The notes below the pieces were generated by a model, which worked only from the letters and a program-made list of their open reading frames with translations, was not told the origin of the DNA and did no database searches. Made by a program: the position numbers and the translations under genes. DNA of 32,000 bases from Candidatus Lokiarchaeum ossiferum (lineage in GTDB: Archaea > Asgardarchaeota > Lokiarchaeia > Sigyniarchaeales > Promethearchaeaceae), in NCBI GenBank assembly GCA_025839675.1, contig CP104013.1, positions 4,950,001 to 4,982,000 on the forward strand. Reading direction: 5' to 3'. This document shows, piece after piece, positions 1 through 8,664 of this stretch (position 1 is the first letter of the stretch; each line of letters starts with the position of its first letter).

Positions 1-1
1 T

Positions 2-1270
2 GGTTTCGATTTTAATGAAATGGCACAAAAGAAGGAACCATTTGCCATGGCATTTAGATCTCTGGTTTCTTTTCTCTCAGGTAAATATTTTCAACAACAT
101 AAACCTCTAAGGAAATGGAAATCACCGGTTGGTCACTCCGTCAGATTTGGTTATTTCGTAACTGCTGCAACAAAATTATATCTTGAAAATGGTGATTCTA
201 CTCTGCTATCCACTTTAGAACGATTATGGGACAAAATGGTTAGTAGAAGAATGTATATTACGGGAGGTGTGGGCTCTCTTCCGATCATTGAAGGATTTGG
301 GCGGGATTATGAATTAAATAATTCTTACGCATATTGTGAGACTTGTGCCGCAATTGCCTCCATATTTTGGTCATGGGAAATGGCTTTAGCGACAAGTGAG
401 CCTAAATACCATGATTTAATTGAACGTCAATTATATAATGCGGCTTCGGTCGGCATTTCTCTTGATGGAACAAAATACTTATACCGCAATATTTTGGAAT
501 CTGAAGGGCATTTTGAAAGAAAACCGTGGTTTGATACACCTTGTTGTCCTTCTAATATTTCACGTTTGTGGGGACATTTAGGTAAATACATCTATTCAAG
601 TAGTAACAATTCCATCTGGGTAAATCAATACATCGAATCAGAAACAAGGTTCAAATTAAATGATTCTAAAGAAGGTAAGATGCAAGAAGTAAAGATTCAA
701 ATGGCTTCCCAATTTCCTTGGGGAGGAAAAAGCAATATTCAATTTCGCATGGCTTCTTCCCATGAGTTTAATCTTATTCTAAGAATCCCAAGTTGGGTTG
801 AACATTTTGAACTGAAGTGCAATGATTCATCCATACCCTATACACTTCTCAATAATCCCAGTTCAAATTCTCAAATATTTCCCGATCGCTTGTTGCACAA
901 TTCTTACTATATTAATGTTTTACGCACATGGCAACCCGATGATGTGATATCAATTAATTTTCCAATGAAAGTCCAGATAAATTATTCAAATCCTAAAGTA
1001 CGATCTAATAATCACAAGATCGCTCTTTCTCGAGGTCCCCTAATTTATTGTCTTGAAGATATCGATAATTTAAATGAAGATATGTCTAATGTGAAAGTAG
1101 ATTTGAATGAACCAATTCAAATTGAATTCAACGATTCTCTTCTAAAAGGAGTCACCACTCTTCAAGCTCGTTCAAATAAAAGTACTCCTTTAAATTTTGT
1201 TCCCTATTTTACGTGGTTAAACCGTAAAAAGTCAAAGATGCAAGTTTGGATTCGGACAAATAATTCGTAA
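2..1270 (+). CDS. Glycoside hydrolase family 127 (DUF1680, beta-L-arabinofuranosidase-like), 5'-truncated by window edge
   Basis: The frame is open from base 2 (GFDFNE precedes the listed M), so the gene runs off the 5' edge. Family motifs are present: YITGGVGS, the Zn/Cys motif E-T-C in AYCETCAAIA, and CC-P-x-N in TPCCPSNISR. These correspond to the Glu/Cys ligands known in HypBA1-type GH127 enzymes. Confidence 0.8.
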   Translation, partial: GFDFNEMAQKKEPFAMAFRSLVSFLSGKYFQQHKPLRKWKSPVGHSVRFGYFVTAATKLYLENGDSTLLSTLERLWDKMVSRRMYITGGVGSLPIIEGFGRDYELNNSYAYCETCAAIASIFWSWEMALATSEPKYHDLIERQLYNAASVGISLDGTKYLYRNILESEGHFERKPWFDTPCCPSNISRLWGHLGKYIYSSSNNSIWVNQYIESETRFKLNDSKEGKMQEVKIQMASQFPWGGKSNIQFRMASSHEFNLILRIPSWVEHFELKCNDSSIPYTLLNNPSSNSQIFPDRLLHNSYYINVLRTWQPDDVISINFPMKVQINYSNPKVRSNNHKIALSRGPLIYCLEDIDNLNEDMSNVKVDLNEPIQIEFNDSLLKGVTTLQARSNKSTPLNFVPYFTWLNRKKSKMQVWIRTNNS

Positions 1271-1316
1271 AATATATTATTTTGCGTTTCTTTTTTTTCT
1301 ACAAGGTATAAAATTT

Positions 1317-1712
1317 ATGCGAAGAAAAGGATTAACAATATTTTGGCCACAATATTTCGATAAATCGCGTACAGTTAATATGGGTCGCAAAATTTCACTC
1401 GAAAGTGCAACAGAAAAACCAATACTTAAAGATTTAGCTACTGCGGCTCAAAAATTAAAATTTAAATATGAAATTGATCCTCGAAGTAAATATCCCCGCT
1501 CAACTTGGGATGAACCGGGATTATTACTCGTAGACACATTAGGCCAAAAAAAAAATGATGTATTAAAGAAAATGGCTCCTGAAATCCAAAAAGCTCGCAC
1601 TAATCGGTTGAAACAGTTGAAAGAAAGTAAAGTCAAAAAGAAACATAAGAAAAAAGCCCAACAAGCAGACATTCTCCGGCAAAAAATTGCGCAACAACGC
1701 AAGAAGAAATAA
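1317..1712 (+). CDS. srp19: Signal recognition particle protein SRP19, with a ~35-40 aa Lys-rich C-terminal extension
   Basis: The N-terminal ~90 aa match the SRP19 pattern (IFWPQYFDKSRTVNMGRKI ... KPILKDL ... KYPRSTW ... GLLLVD). The C-terminus is KESKVKKKHKKK...QQRKKK. Confidence 0.85.
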   Translation: MRRKGLTIFWPQYFDKSRTVNMGRKISLESATEKPILKDLATAAQKLKFKYEIDPRSKYPRSTWDEPGLLLVDTLGQKKNDVLKKMAPEIQKARTNRLKQLKESKVKKKHKKKAQQADILRQKIAQQRKKK

Positions 1713-1833
1713 AATCCAAAACATCTTTTTCTTTATTCTATTTTCCAGTTAATTAAAATAGTGTATGTAATTTGAATTTCAAATAAATATATTGAGAATA
1801 GAGTTAAAAAAGATGAATTTATTGTGTATTTAA

Positions 1834-2214
1834 TTATTCTAATAAAACACCATTAATATGTCCATGTTGCCCCGGTCGACTGGTAATTCTAACCTTACCA
1901 AGCTCGGTTTCAACAATTGCGCCTTTGGTTAAAATACTTCGACGCTGATAATCCACAGAAGCTTTATTCTCCTCAAGTCCTTTAATTGATACTTTTTGGG
2001 TTGTATTCTTTTTTGCATCTGTAACATTAATCATATCAATAGAATAAGCCTTAATCTTAATATTCCCACCTTGGGTTCGAACTATTTTTTTTCGTTCTTC
2101 ACCAATTTTGGTTTCGATTGGATCTCGACCCATTCGAGATTTTCGTTTTTTATGGGCCGAATGGATTTTCGCTCCAGTAGATCTCCTTTTTGATCGTTCT
2201 TGATATTGTACCAC
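1834..2214 (-). CDS. rps8e: 30S ribosomal protein S8e (eS8)
   Basis: GTG start. The protein has the typical S8e layout: RSKRRSTGAK...KKRKSRMGRDP...IVRTQGGNIKIKA...ITSRPGQHGHINGVLLE. Confidence 0.9.
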   Translation of the reverse strand: MVQYQERSKRRSTGAKIHSAHKKRKSRMGRDPIETKIGEERKKIVRTQGGNIKIKAYSIDMINVTDAKKNTTQKVSIKGLEENKASVDYQRRSILTKGAIVETELGKVRITSRPGQHGHINGVLLE

Positions 2215-2318
2215 TTTATATCACTAAGTTGTTCAATTTTTCGTTAATATTAAATTTTTCGATTAACCTTCCTTCCTTACTCCCTAAAAAACCTTTGTGA
2301 TAATAGATATTTCCCATC

Positions 2319-3626
2319 TTATTCTGCCGCTTCTATTTTATCATCTATTCGTTTATCTAATGAAAAAATCGTATTATAGAAGAATTCTTTGAGATCAGAA
2401 ATGATTTGATAATTTGATAATGAACATTTCTCCTCTGTTTTTCCGAAATTCAATTTTATTTTGTTTTGCTTTTTTGGCGCGGTTATTAAGAAGTAATTGA
2501 GATTTGGGCCATGAAGGTTTTTTGCAAATCGAAATTCTGGAACTTTTTTCTTATTTTTTCTTAACGGACATTTCATTTTTGACAAATGATGCTTGAAAAT
2601 GTTGTCAATCTCATTTTTTGTCTTTGTTTGTTGGAGGATATTTGACATGGAATTATATTCCATTTGTTGATCCATTTGTTTCAAATCAAAAACATATATA
2701 TCTTTGTAGGATTGCAGCAAATTTCTCTGAGAAATAAAAAATGATCGTTTTCCATATAAGCCTTGCTCTTCTGCCCCAGGAAAAAGAAATTTGATGTCAG
2801 ACCATTGAAAAATATCATGCTTATCCAAAATTTCTTCTAAAAGAGCTTGGAAGCAAATTATTCCCATTGCATTATTTTTTAATCCATCGGATTTATTGTT
2901 CAAAGTATTTGCTTTAAGAAAAGTTAATGTCCCAATTTCAAGAACACTAAGGAGTAGTATTATTCCTATGAAAAAATAAAATAAACTTGAACGAGTAAAA
3001 TTGCTCTGGTTTACCTTGAACAAAATAATGACGAATGACAAAAGGTGCATATCATATATTATTATATTTTCACAGATGGATGTATATTTCGATGCAAATT
3101 TATTCCCCGTAGAATCATAATGGGCAATTAGAAGAATTAACCCCATCTTCATTTCAAAATTCTCATTTTTCTTTGAGTTTAGGTGGGTAGAGATATTTTT
3201 AGACTTCTTCTTCTTTTTACTCTCTTTGGGAATCAATTTCTCTTGGATATTTGGCCATAGTTGAAATCCTAGCCAGATGAATAAGATAAATCCAATTGAA
3301 AGTATAGTATTCGCTATTAATTGGATAAAAAAATTGACAAGAAGTAAAATTGAAAAAATATTTCCTCGATATTTTTTTATTTTATCAGTCCAATTTTCAT
3401 ACTCAAAGGTCTCCACAGTTGTTGGTAAGTTTTTTCTCTTCAATAAATTATAAAGATAATTCTGCGCTTTGATTTCTCCCTCGGTTCCTGTTAACCGCGG
3501 GAAAGCAATCTTTTGCAAATCTTCATTCATTTTCTCGGAGAGAGATTTGAATTTGGAAGAGACCATTTTTTCTAAATAAAAGAAAAGAAAACAGTTATAA
3601 AAAAAGATTTGGATCTCAATTAGCAT
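2319..3626 (-). CDS. Membrane-embedded M28 peptidase-like protein, possibly non-catalytic
   Basis: M28 signatures are present: PRLTGTEGEIKAQNYL, LLIAHYDS and FPGAEEQGLYG. Long hydrophobic segments are inserted (FSILLLVNFFIQLIANTILSIGFILFIWLGF; LFYFFIGIILLLSVLEIGTLTFL). Where M28 proteins have GAxDNASG, this protein reads GLKNNAMG. The start is uncertain: 3626 lies 3 nt after the PMM stop, and 3566 (MVSSKF) is the alternative. Confidence 0.6.
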   Translation of the reverse strand: MLIEIQIFFYNCFLFFYLEKMVSSKFKSLSEKMNEDLQKIAFPRLTGTEGEIKAQNYLYNLLKRKNLPTTVETFEYENWTDKIKKYRGNIFSILLLVNFFIQLIANTILSIGFILFIWLGFQLWPNIQEKLIPKESKKKKKSKNISTHLNSKKNENFEMKMGLILLIAHYDSTGNKFASKYTSICENIIIYDMHLLSFVIILFKVNQSNFTRSSLFYFFIGIILLLSVLEIGTLTFLKANTLNNKSDGLKNNAMGIICFQALLEEILDKHDIFQWSDIKFLFPGAEEQGLYGKRSFFISQRNLLQSYKDIYVFDLKQMDQQMEYNSMSNILQQTKTKNEIDNIFKHHLSKMKCPLRKNKKKVPEFRFAKNLHGPNLNYFLITAPKKQNKIKLNFGKTEEKCSLSNYQIISDLKEFFYNTIFSLDKRIDDKIEAAE

Positions 3627-3629
3627 TCA

Positions 3630-4322
3630 CTACACAATATTCACTAATAATTTTTGAGTTTCTTGCCAATTTTCGACTTGCGACACTTTATGGGGTGGAG
3701 ATAACAGCTGACTTGCAATAGCATAATCATTCCCTCCCTTCTGAGTTTTATCTCCAAAGAAGTGGATGGGTCCTTGAATTAATTTAATAATTTGCGCTTT
3801 ATTTTTACCTTTTTCATAAATATCTATACTTATTTGCCCTCCAACTGTTGCTTCTATAGAAGGAAATTTTTCCATAATTATTTTACAGAAATTTTCTCTT
3901 TCACCTTTTTCATTATCATATTTATTATAATCTAACCGTTGTTTTTGGGTACAATTTCGTCCCACAATGGAAAAATTTAACATCCCTACTCGATGTTCCA
4001 TGTGATTTCCTGCTCGGATAGGGTATTCGCTTTCTTTTAAAAATTTTGAAAGAAGATCAATCAATTCTGGAGGTGCATGCCATTCGTTGCGGTAAACTTC
4101 TTTACCTTTGACATACTGAATATTTCCTGCTGTATTGTAACACGCGTTGACCGATTCGCAGATCTTTTGTCCGACTTGTTCCACAGACTTTGGGTAATCG
4201 GACCCCGTCACCAAATATACATTTTTATCTTTGATCCAATCTAAAAAGAATGTTTCAAATACAGGATCAATTTTCAACCGCGAAGGGGTTAACGTTCCAT
4301 CAATATCAAATACATAGTTCAT
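3630..4322 (-). CDS. Phosphomannomutase, eukaryotic PMM/Sec53 type (HAD-IIB)
   Basis: FDIDGTLT (DxDxT), VTGSDYPKSVEQVG, GMLNFSIVGRNC, GGQISIDIY and FFGDKTQKGGNDY line up closely with the conserved blocks of eukaryotic PMM1/2 as I recall them (FDVDGTLT, GMLNVSPIGRSC, GGQISFDVF, FFGDKT.PGGNDH). Confidence 0.85.
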   Translation of the reverse strand: MNYVFDIDGTLTPSRLKIDPVFETFFLDWIKDKNVYLVTGSDYPKSVEQVGQKICESVNACYNTAGNIQYVKGKEVYRNEWHAPPELIDLLSKFLKESEYPIRAGNHMEHRVGMLNFSIVGRNCTQKQRLDYNKYDNEKGERENFCKIIMEKFPSIEATVGGQISIDIYEKGKNKAQIIKLIQGPIHFFGDKTQKGGNDYAIASQLLSPPHKVSQVENWQETQKLLVNIV

Positions 4323-4438
4323 TTTTTTTCTCTTCTATCGTTTTGTTTTTTTTTGCAAATAATAGTAATTTGAAGTAGAATTTATAAAATTGATAAAACT
4401 CAATTGAAAAAAAGAGTTCTATCACTTTCGTTTTATTA

Positions 4439-5548
4439 TTATTTGTTCTTTTGCAAATAATCTTGATACACATTTTCCACTCTATCTGTCACAGCATCCC
4501 AAGTGTATTTTTTAATATATTCTGATGCTTTTACTAACATTTCTTGACTTTTATCTGGTGTTTGGAAAAAATTGACAAAAGCTTTTGCAAGTAAATCAGG
4601 TCTTTGACGTTCTACAAAAATTGCATTGTCTTGTAATATTTCTTGATACGCGGGCATCGTTGAACAAATTACGGGTGTCCCGCATGCTATTGCTTCAATT
4701 GGTGTGATTCCAAATCCTTCTGCTGCATATGAATATGTTACAAATACATCTGCCATGGAATAATAACTCGCCATGTCCTCTTCTTTGACTATTCCAATAA
4801 AATGTACTTCTGGATATTTTTGTTTCCATTGTTCATAGATAGGGCGCATTTTTAATGTTGGTTTTCCTCCAATAACTAAATTTAAGTCTTTAATTTCCTT
4901 TTTTGCTTCTTTGAAAGCTTCAATTATATGATCTACTCCTTTATAGAATGCAATTCTACCCACATAGTAAATTGTGGGTCCGGATATATTCAGATTTGCT
5001 CGAATTTTATCTCGTTCATCCATTCTAGGGTGAAATTCCGTATCATATCCACAATATACCGTGGTTATTTTATCTTCCGCGACTCCCATAAATTCAACAA
5101 TTCCTTCCTTTATAATATTTGAAATTGTAAGAATGCTCTCTGATTTTTGAGCATTACGCCTTTCTAACCATTTCAAGACTGGAATCTTGACAAAATCTGC
5201 TTCGAAAGGACCTAAATCGTGAATTGAAGTTATAAATTTTTGTTTTGAAAAGGTCAAAGGTAGGTACCCTCTTGATCCGTTTGTATGTATGATATCAAAA
5301 TGATTGTTTTTCAAATATTTCCGAACTTTTCGATAAAAGCTGGGAACCCAAAAGAGTCTGGATTTTGGGATTTTGAATGCTATAATATTTGGATCTGAAA
5401 ATCCATCTTCCCACTGTCCTGTAAGCATTGTTACTTCATGACCTCGGGCTTTAAGACTATCAAATAATCCACGGATTAGTTTTGCGGCACCATCCTTATG
5501 ATCAGGGAAAACTCCAAGGGAAATTATGCAGATTTTTTTTTTTTCCAT
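4439..5548 (-). CDS. Glycosyltransferase family 4 (GT-B, 'group 1')
   Basis: The C-terminal GT4 signature EGFGITPIEAIACGTPVICS is present, with the N-terminal ICIISLGVFPDHKDGAAKL and GHEVTMLT pattern. Acceptor and donor are not inferable from sequence. Confidence 0.8.
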   Translation of the reverse strand: MEKKKICIISLGVFPDHKDGAAKLIRGLFDSLKARGHEVTMLTGQWEDGFSDPNIIAFKIPKSRLFWVPSFYRKVRKYLKNNHFDIIHTNGSRGYLPLTFSKQKFITSIHDLGPFEADFVKIPVLKWLERRNAQKSESILTISNIIKEGIVEFMGVAEDKITTVYCGYDTEFHPRMDERDKIRANLNISGPTIYYVGRIAFYKGVDHIIEAFKEAKKEIKDLNLVIGGKPTLKMRPIYEQWKQKYPEVHFIGIVKEEDMASYYSMADVFVTYSYAAEGFGITPIEAIACGTPVICSTMPAYQEILQDNAIFVERQRPDLLAKAFVNFFQTPDKSQEMLVKASEYIKKYTWDAVTDRVENVYQDYLQKNK

Positions 5549-5601
5549 AGTTAAAATACTATATACATCTTTATTTGGATTACGATCTTTTCATGACACA
5601 T
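5549..5601. promoter_or_regulatory. Compact divergent promoter region between the GT4 (-) and the guanylyltransferase (+)
   Basis: Only ~26-53 bp separate the two divergent starts. The spacer contains the AT-rich TATA-like core AAAATACTATATACA. No transcription data are available. Confidence 0.3.
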
Positions 5602-6627
5602 ATGAAGATCATCACTTTGATTTTAGCGGGAGGGCGCGGAGAACGATTTTGGCCACTTTCTCGGATTGCACGTCCAAAGCAAAGTTTACCGCTCATTTCA
5701 GATAAACCTATGATTCTGGAAACGTATGATCGATTGAAATCGTTGGGTGATTTTGCAATTGTGGCAAATTCTGATTTATGTCAACAATTTAAAGATGTTT
5801 TACCCTCGAGTTTATTTTATATTGAAGAGCCTTGTGCACGAAATACTGCGCCTGCAATAGGTTTTGCTTGCCAAAAAATTATGCACACATACGGAGATTG
5901 TATTATTTTTATCGAAACTGCAGATCATTTTTACAAAGATATCGAAAATTATTTATCAGAAATACAAAAAGCGTGCATCTTTGCCGAAAAAGAAAACAAA
6001 ATTGTGCTTATTGGAATTAACCCAACAGAACCACATACTGGTTATGGGTACATAGAAGAAGGGAATAAAATAATTGATAATTTCTATTCTGTTTCTTCCT
6101 TCAAAGAAAAACCATCACTTGATCTTGCTAAACATTATTTAAAACAAGGAACATTTTCGTGGAATTCAGGAATGTTCATTGCGAAATGCTCGGTATTACT
6201 AAAGGAATTTAAGAAATATTTACCTTCAATGTATGAATCTTTTCAAACCATGGACGATCAAGATTATAAGGAGGAAACCGTTCAAAAAATATTTCCATTA
6301 TTACAAAGAATTTCGATTGATTATGGTATCATGGAGAAGAGCATAAATACTGTTGTCTTAAGAAGTAATATGCATTGGGATGATATTGGTGATTTTAATG
6401 CTATTAGTCGGGTTCATTCGGTTCGAAAAAATGGAAATTACTACCATGATGAAGTAGTAGCTCTTGATTCTCAAGAGAATATTATAATTTCTGAAAAACT
6501 CGTTGCGTTAATTGGTGTAGAAAACCTTGTTGTTGTCGATACACCTGACGCATTATTAATATGCGATCGGAATGAAACTCAAAAAATCAGGACTATTTTG
6601 AAGGATCTTGATGAAAAATATTTGTAA
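5602..6627 (+). CDS. manC: Mannose-1-phosphate guanylyltransferase (GDP-mannose pyrophosphorylase) family
   Basis: The nucleotidyltransferase N-terminus MKIITLILAGGRGERFWPLSR...PKQ is present, with a length typical of ManC-type enzymes. The ORF track starts at TTG 5575. I prefer ATG 5602 (5593 is also possible) because homologues begin immediately before the LAGGxG motif. Confidence 0.75.
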   Translation: MKIITLILAGGRGERFWPLSRIARPKQSLPLISDKPMILETYDRLKSLGDFAIVANSDLCQQFKDVLPSSLFYIEEPCARNTAPAIGFACQKIMHTYGDCIIFIETADHFYKDIENYLSEIQKACIFAEKENKIVLIGINPTEPHTGYGYIEEGNKIIDNFYSVSSFKEKPSLDLAKHYLKQGTFSWNSGMFIAKCSVLLKEFKKYLPSMYESFQTMDDQDYKEETVQKIFPLLQRISIDYGIMEKSINTVVLRSNMHWDDIGDFNAISRVHSVRKNGNYYHDEVVALDSQENIIISEKLVALIGVENLVVVDTPDALLICDRNETQKIRTILKDLDEKYL

Positions 6628-6657
6628 TTCTTTTTTAAAATCTCTAATTCTAATTTA

Positions 6658-7221
6658 TTGATGATAATCATGAAGTATATTATTGGTTTGGTGGGTATGC
6701 CTGGATCGGGGAAGTCTACGGCATTGGAAATTGCAAAACAATTCGGTGAAGTAGTAGTCATGGGGGATGTTGTGAGAGAAGAGGCAAAAAATCGCAATAT
6801 ACCCATAAATTCACAAAATCTTGGACAGTTGGCAAAATCATTAAGAAATCAATATGGACCAGATGCCATTGCTCAAAAGTGTATCCAGAAAATGCAATCA
6901 ATTACAAATGATTTTTGTTTTCTTGACGGAATTCGATCGAAGCATGAAATGACTGTTTTTGCTGAAAAATATTTGATAAAAGTTGTTGCAATTATTGTAC
7001 CTGATCATATCCGACATCAATGGCTTATTTCTCGAAATCGACAAGATGATTCCTCATCAATAGATGATATTTTAGAACGTGATAAAAGAGAACTTGATTT
7101 TGGAGTCCAAACAGTGATTGAAAATGCAGATTTCCAAATTGAAAATCTTGGCACGATTGAAGAATTAAAATTAAATTGTGAGAAGACCTTTAAGGAATTG
7201 ATATTCAATGATTTTAGTTAA
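6658..7221 (+). CDS. UPF0200 family P-loop kinase-like protein (CoaE/adenylate-kinase-like, archaeal)
   Basis: IIGLVGMPGSGKST...VVVMGDVVREEAKNRN matches the archaeal UPF0200 pattern. The start may be MKYII at 6670. The gene overlaps the next gene by 14 nt. Confidence 0.7.
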   Translation: MMIIMKYIIGLVGMPGSGKSTALEIAKQFGEVVVMGDVVREEAKNRNIPINSQNLGQLAKSLRNQYGPDAIAQKCIQKMQSITNDFCFLDGIRSKHEMTVFAEKYLIKVVAIIVPDHIRHQWLISRNRQDDSSSIDDILERDKRELDFGVQTVIENADFQIENLGTIEELKLNCEKTFKELIFNDFS

Positions 7222-7654
7222 CATTTCAACACAAGTTTTTCCCACAGAGGATCTGGAAGTGATACATAAGATTTTTAATTATTTCTCAGATTTTGACGAA
7301 TTGGAAGAAACAATTCCCAATGAAAAAGGAGTTATTGAAGTTTCTGCCAAAATGGAAGGGTTATCGGGATTGACTTTTCTTTATAGACAATCCCGTAAGC
7401 AAAGGATTGTTCAAGCTATTCGTAATCATGTCGAAAATCTTATGGATTTGCATGCCAATACTTGTGTTTTTATGTTAAACAAACAAGCACTCACACAAGG
7501 GTATATTGGAATTTGTCAAACACCAAGTGAATCCCCTCTTGGTCCAATCCACGTAAAAATTTCTGCTACTAACATCGAACGCGTTATCAACTATCTTTTT
7601 CCACCAACTGAGAAAGGTCACGTATTGGAAGTCGATTATACGCCAACTGAATAA
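7208..7654 (+). CDS. UPF0201 family protein (COG1931-type predicted RNA-binding protein)
   Basis: VFPTEDLEVI near the N-terminus, LNKQALTQG and PLGPIHVKI are hallmark blocks of archaeal UPF0201. The conserved pairing with UPF0200 is also present. Confidence 0.7.
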   Translation: MILVNISTQVFPTEDLEVIHKIFNYFSDFDELEETIPNEKGVIEVSAKMEGLSGLTFLYRQSRKQRIVQAIRNHVENLMDLHANTCVFMLNKQALTQGYIGICQTPSESPLGPIHVKISATNIERVINYLFPPTEKGHVLEVDYTPTE

Positions 7655-7678
7655 AACAAAAAATAAATATAAATAAAA

Positions 7679-8590
7679 TTAATTCTTTTTTATGGCCTTT
7701 CCAATCACTTCCGCCATTGAAGCTTGCATAGCAATGGAATCAATTGTATCGGAACCAATGATTTCAGTAGTTCCGGCCTTTAATAGTTTATATGTGGCAT
7801 TTTTTATAAGTAGAGGATGTGTTCCAACCGCATAAATCGATTTAGCGCCTGCCTTTTTCGCAATTCCTAAGGCTCTTGCCATGGTTCCACCCGTTGCAAT
7901 GATATCATCGGCAATAATGACTTCTCGTCCATTAACATCTATATCCCCTTCCATCGTAATCTCTCCTGTTTTTACATCTCGTGTTTTGTTAAATTGGACG
8001 ACTGGAATATCTTCGCCCAAATAGCGAGCAAAAGCCCTGGAACGTTCATAAGCTCCTTTATCTGGACAAATTACTATCGGATTTATAACATTACGATCTT
8101 TCACGATTTGAGCTAATATTTCCATGGGGTCTAAGTTGAAGGTCGGAATGTCCACGGCATCAAAAATTGTTTCAGCATGGATATCGATTGTATAAAATTC
8201 TGTGGCTCCTGCTCGTTCAATCCATTTTAATACCTCCGTGGCAAAAAGACATTCTCCGGGACGAAATGCTTTATCTTGACGTGAATATGCAAAATAGGGG
8301 TTGATAACGCGAATTTTCGATGCTTTGGCTCGTTTAGCTGCACTGATCATCATTATTAATTCCATGATCCGCTGATTTTGATCTCCTGCAGCATTCGCTC
8401 CAGTGGTTTGAACAATGAGTACATCAGCATCCTCCAAAACCGTATCATTTTCAATATCAATACGTAAATAACATTCTCCATCTGGAAACACTTTATTTTC
8501 TGTCGCATATACTTGGACATCTAAATAATTTGCCAGGTTCACAGCTAAACCTTGGGAAGATGGTCCAGCAATCACAATTTGATTTGACAT
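7679..8590 (-). CDS. prs: Ribose-phosphate pyrophosphokinase (PRPP synthase)
   Basis: The PRPP-binding loop VIIADDIIATGGTM is present, and the overall layout is class-typical. The track start is GTG 8599. ATG 8590 (MSNQIVIAG) is preferred because it is preceded by AAGTGA (SD-like). Confidence 0.9.
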   Translation of the reverse strand: MSNQIVIAGPSSQGLAVNLANYLDVQVYATENKVFPDGECYLRIDIENDTVLEDADVLIVQTTGANAAGDQNQRIMELIMMISAAKRAKASKIRVINPYFAYSRQDKAFRPGECLFATEVLKWIERAGATEFYTIDIHAETIFDAVDIPTFNLDPMEILAQIVKDRNVINPIVICPDKGAYERSRAFARYLGEDIPVVQFNKTRDVKTGEITMEGDIDVNGREVIIADDIIATGGTMARALGIAKKAGAKSIYAVGTHPLLIKNATYKLLKAGTTEIIGSDTIDSIAMQASMAEVIGKAIKKN

Positions 8591-8664
8591 AAATTTCACT
8601 TCTAATGAAAATCTCTAAGTTACATTAACTTTAATAAAGAAAAAAAATTTCCTAAAACGAAAAA

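Noticed and set aside
2319-5548. The idea that the M28-like membrane protein, the GT4 and PMM form a GPI-anchor-like pathway (GPAA1-like, PIG-A-like).
   Set aside because: The GT4 shows only generic family similarity. The topology of the M28-like protein differs from GPAA1. No transamidase (PIG-K/Gpi8-like) or other GPI genes are present in the window. The idea is too speculative to report as a finding.
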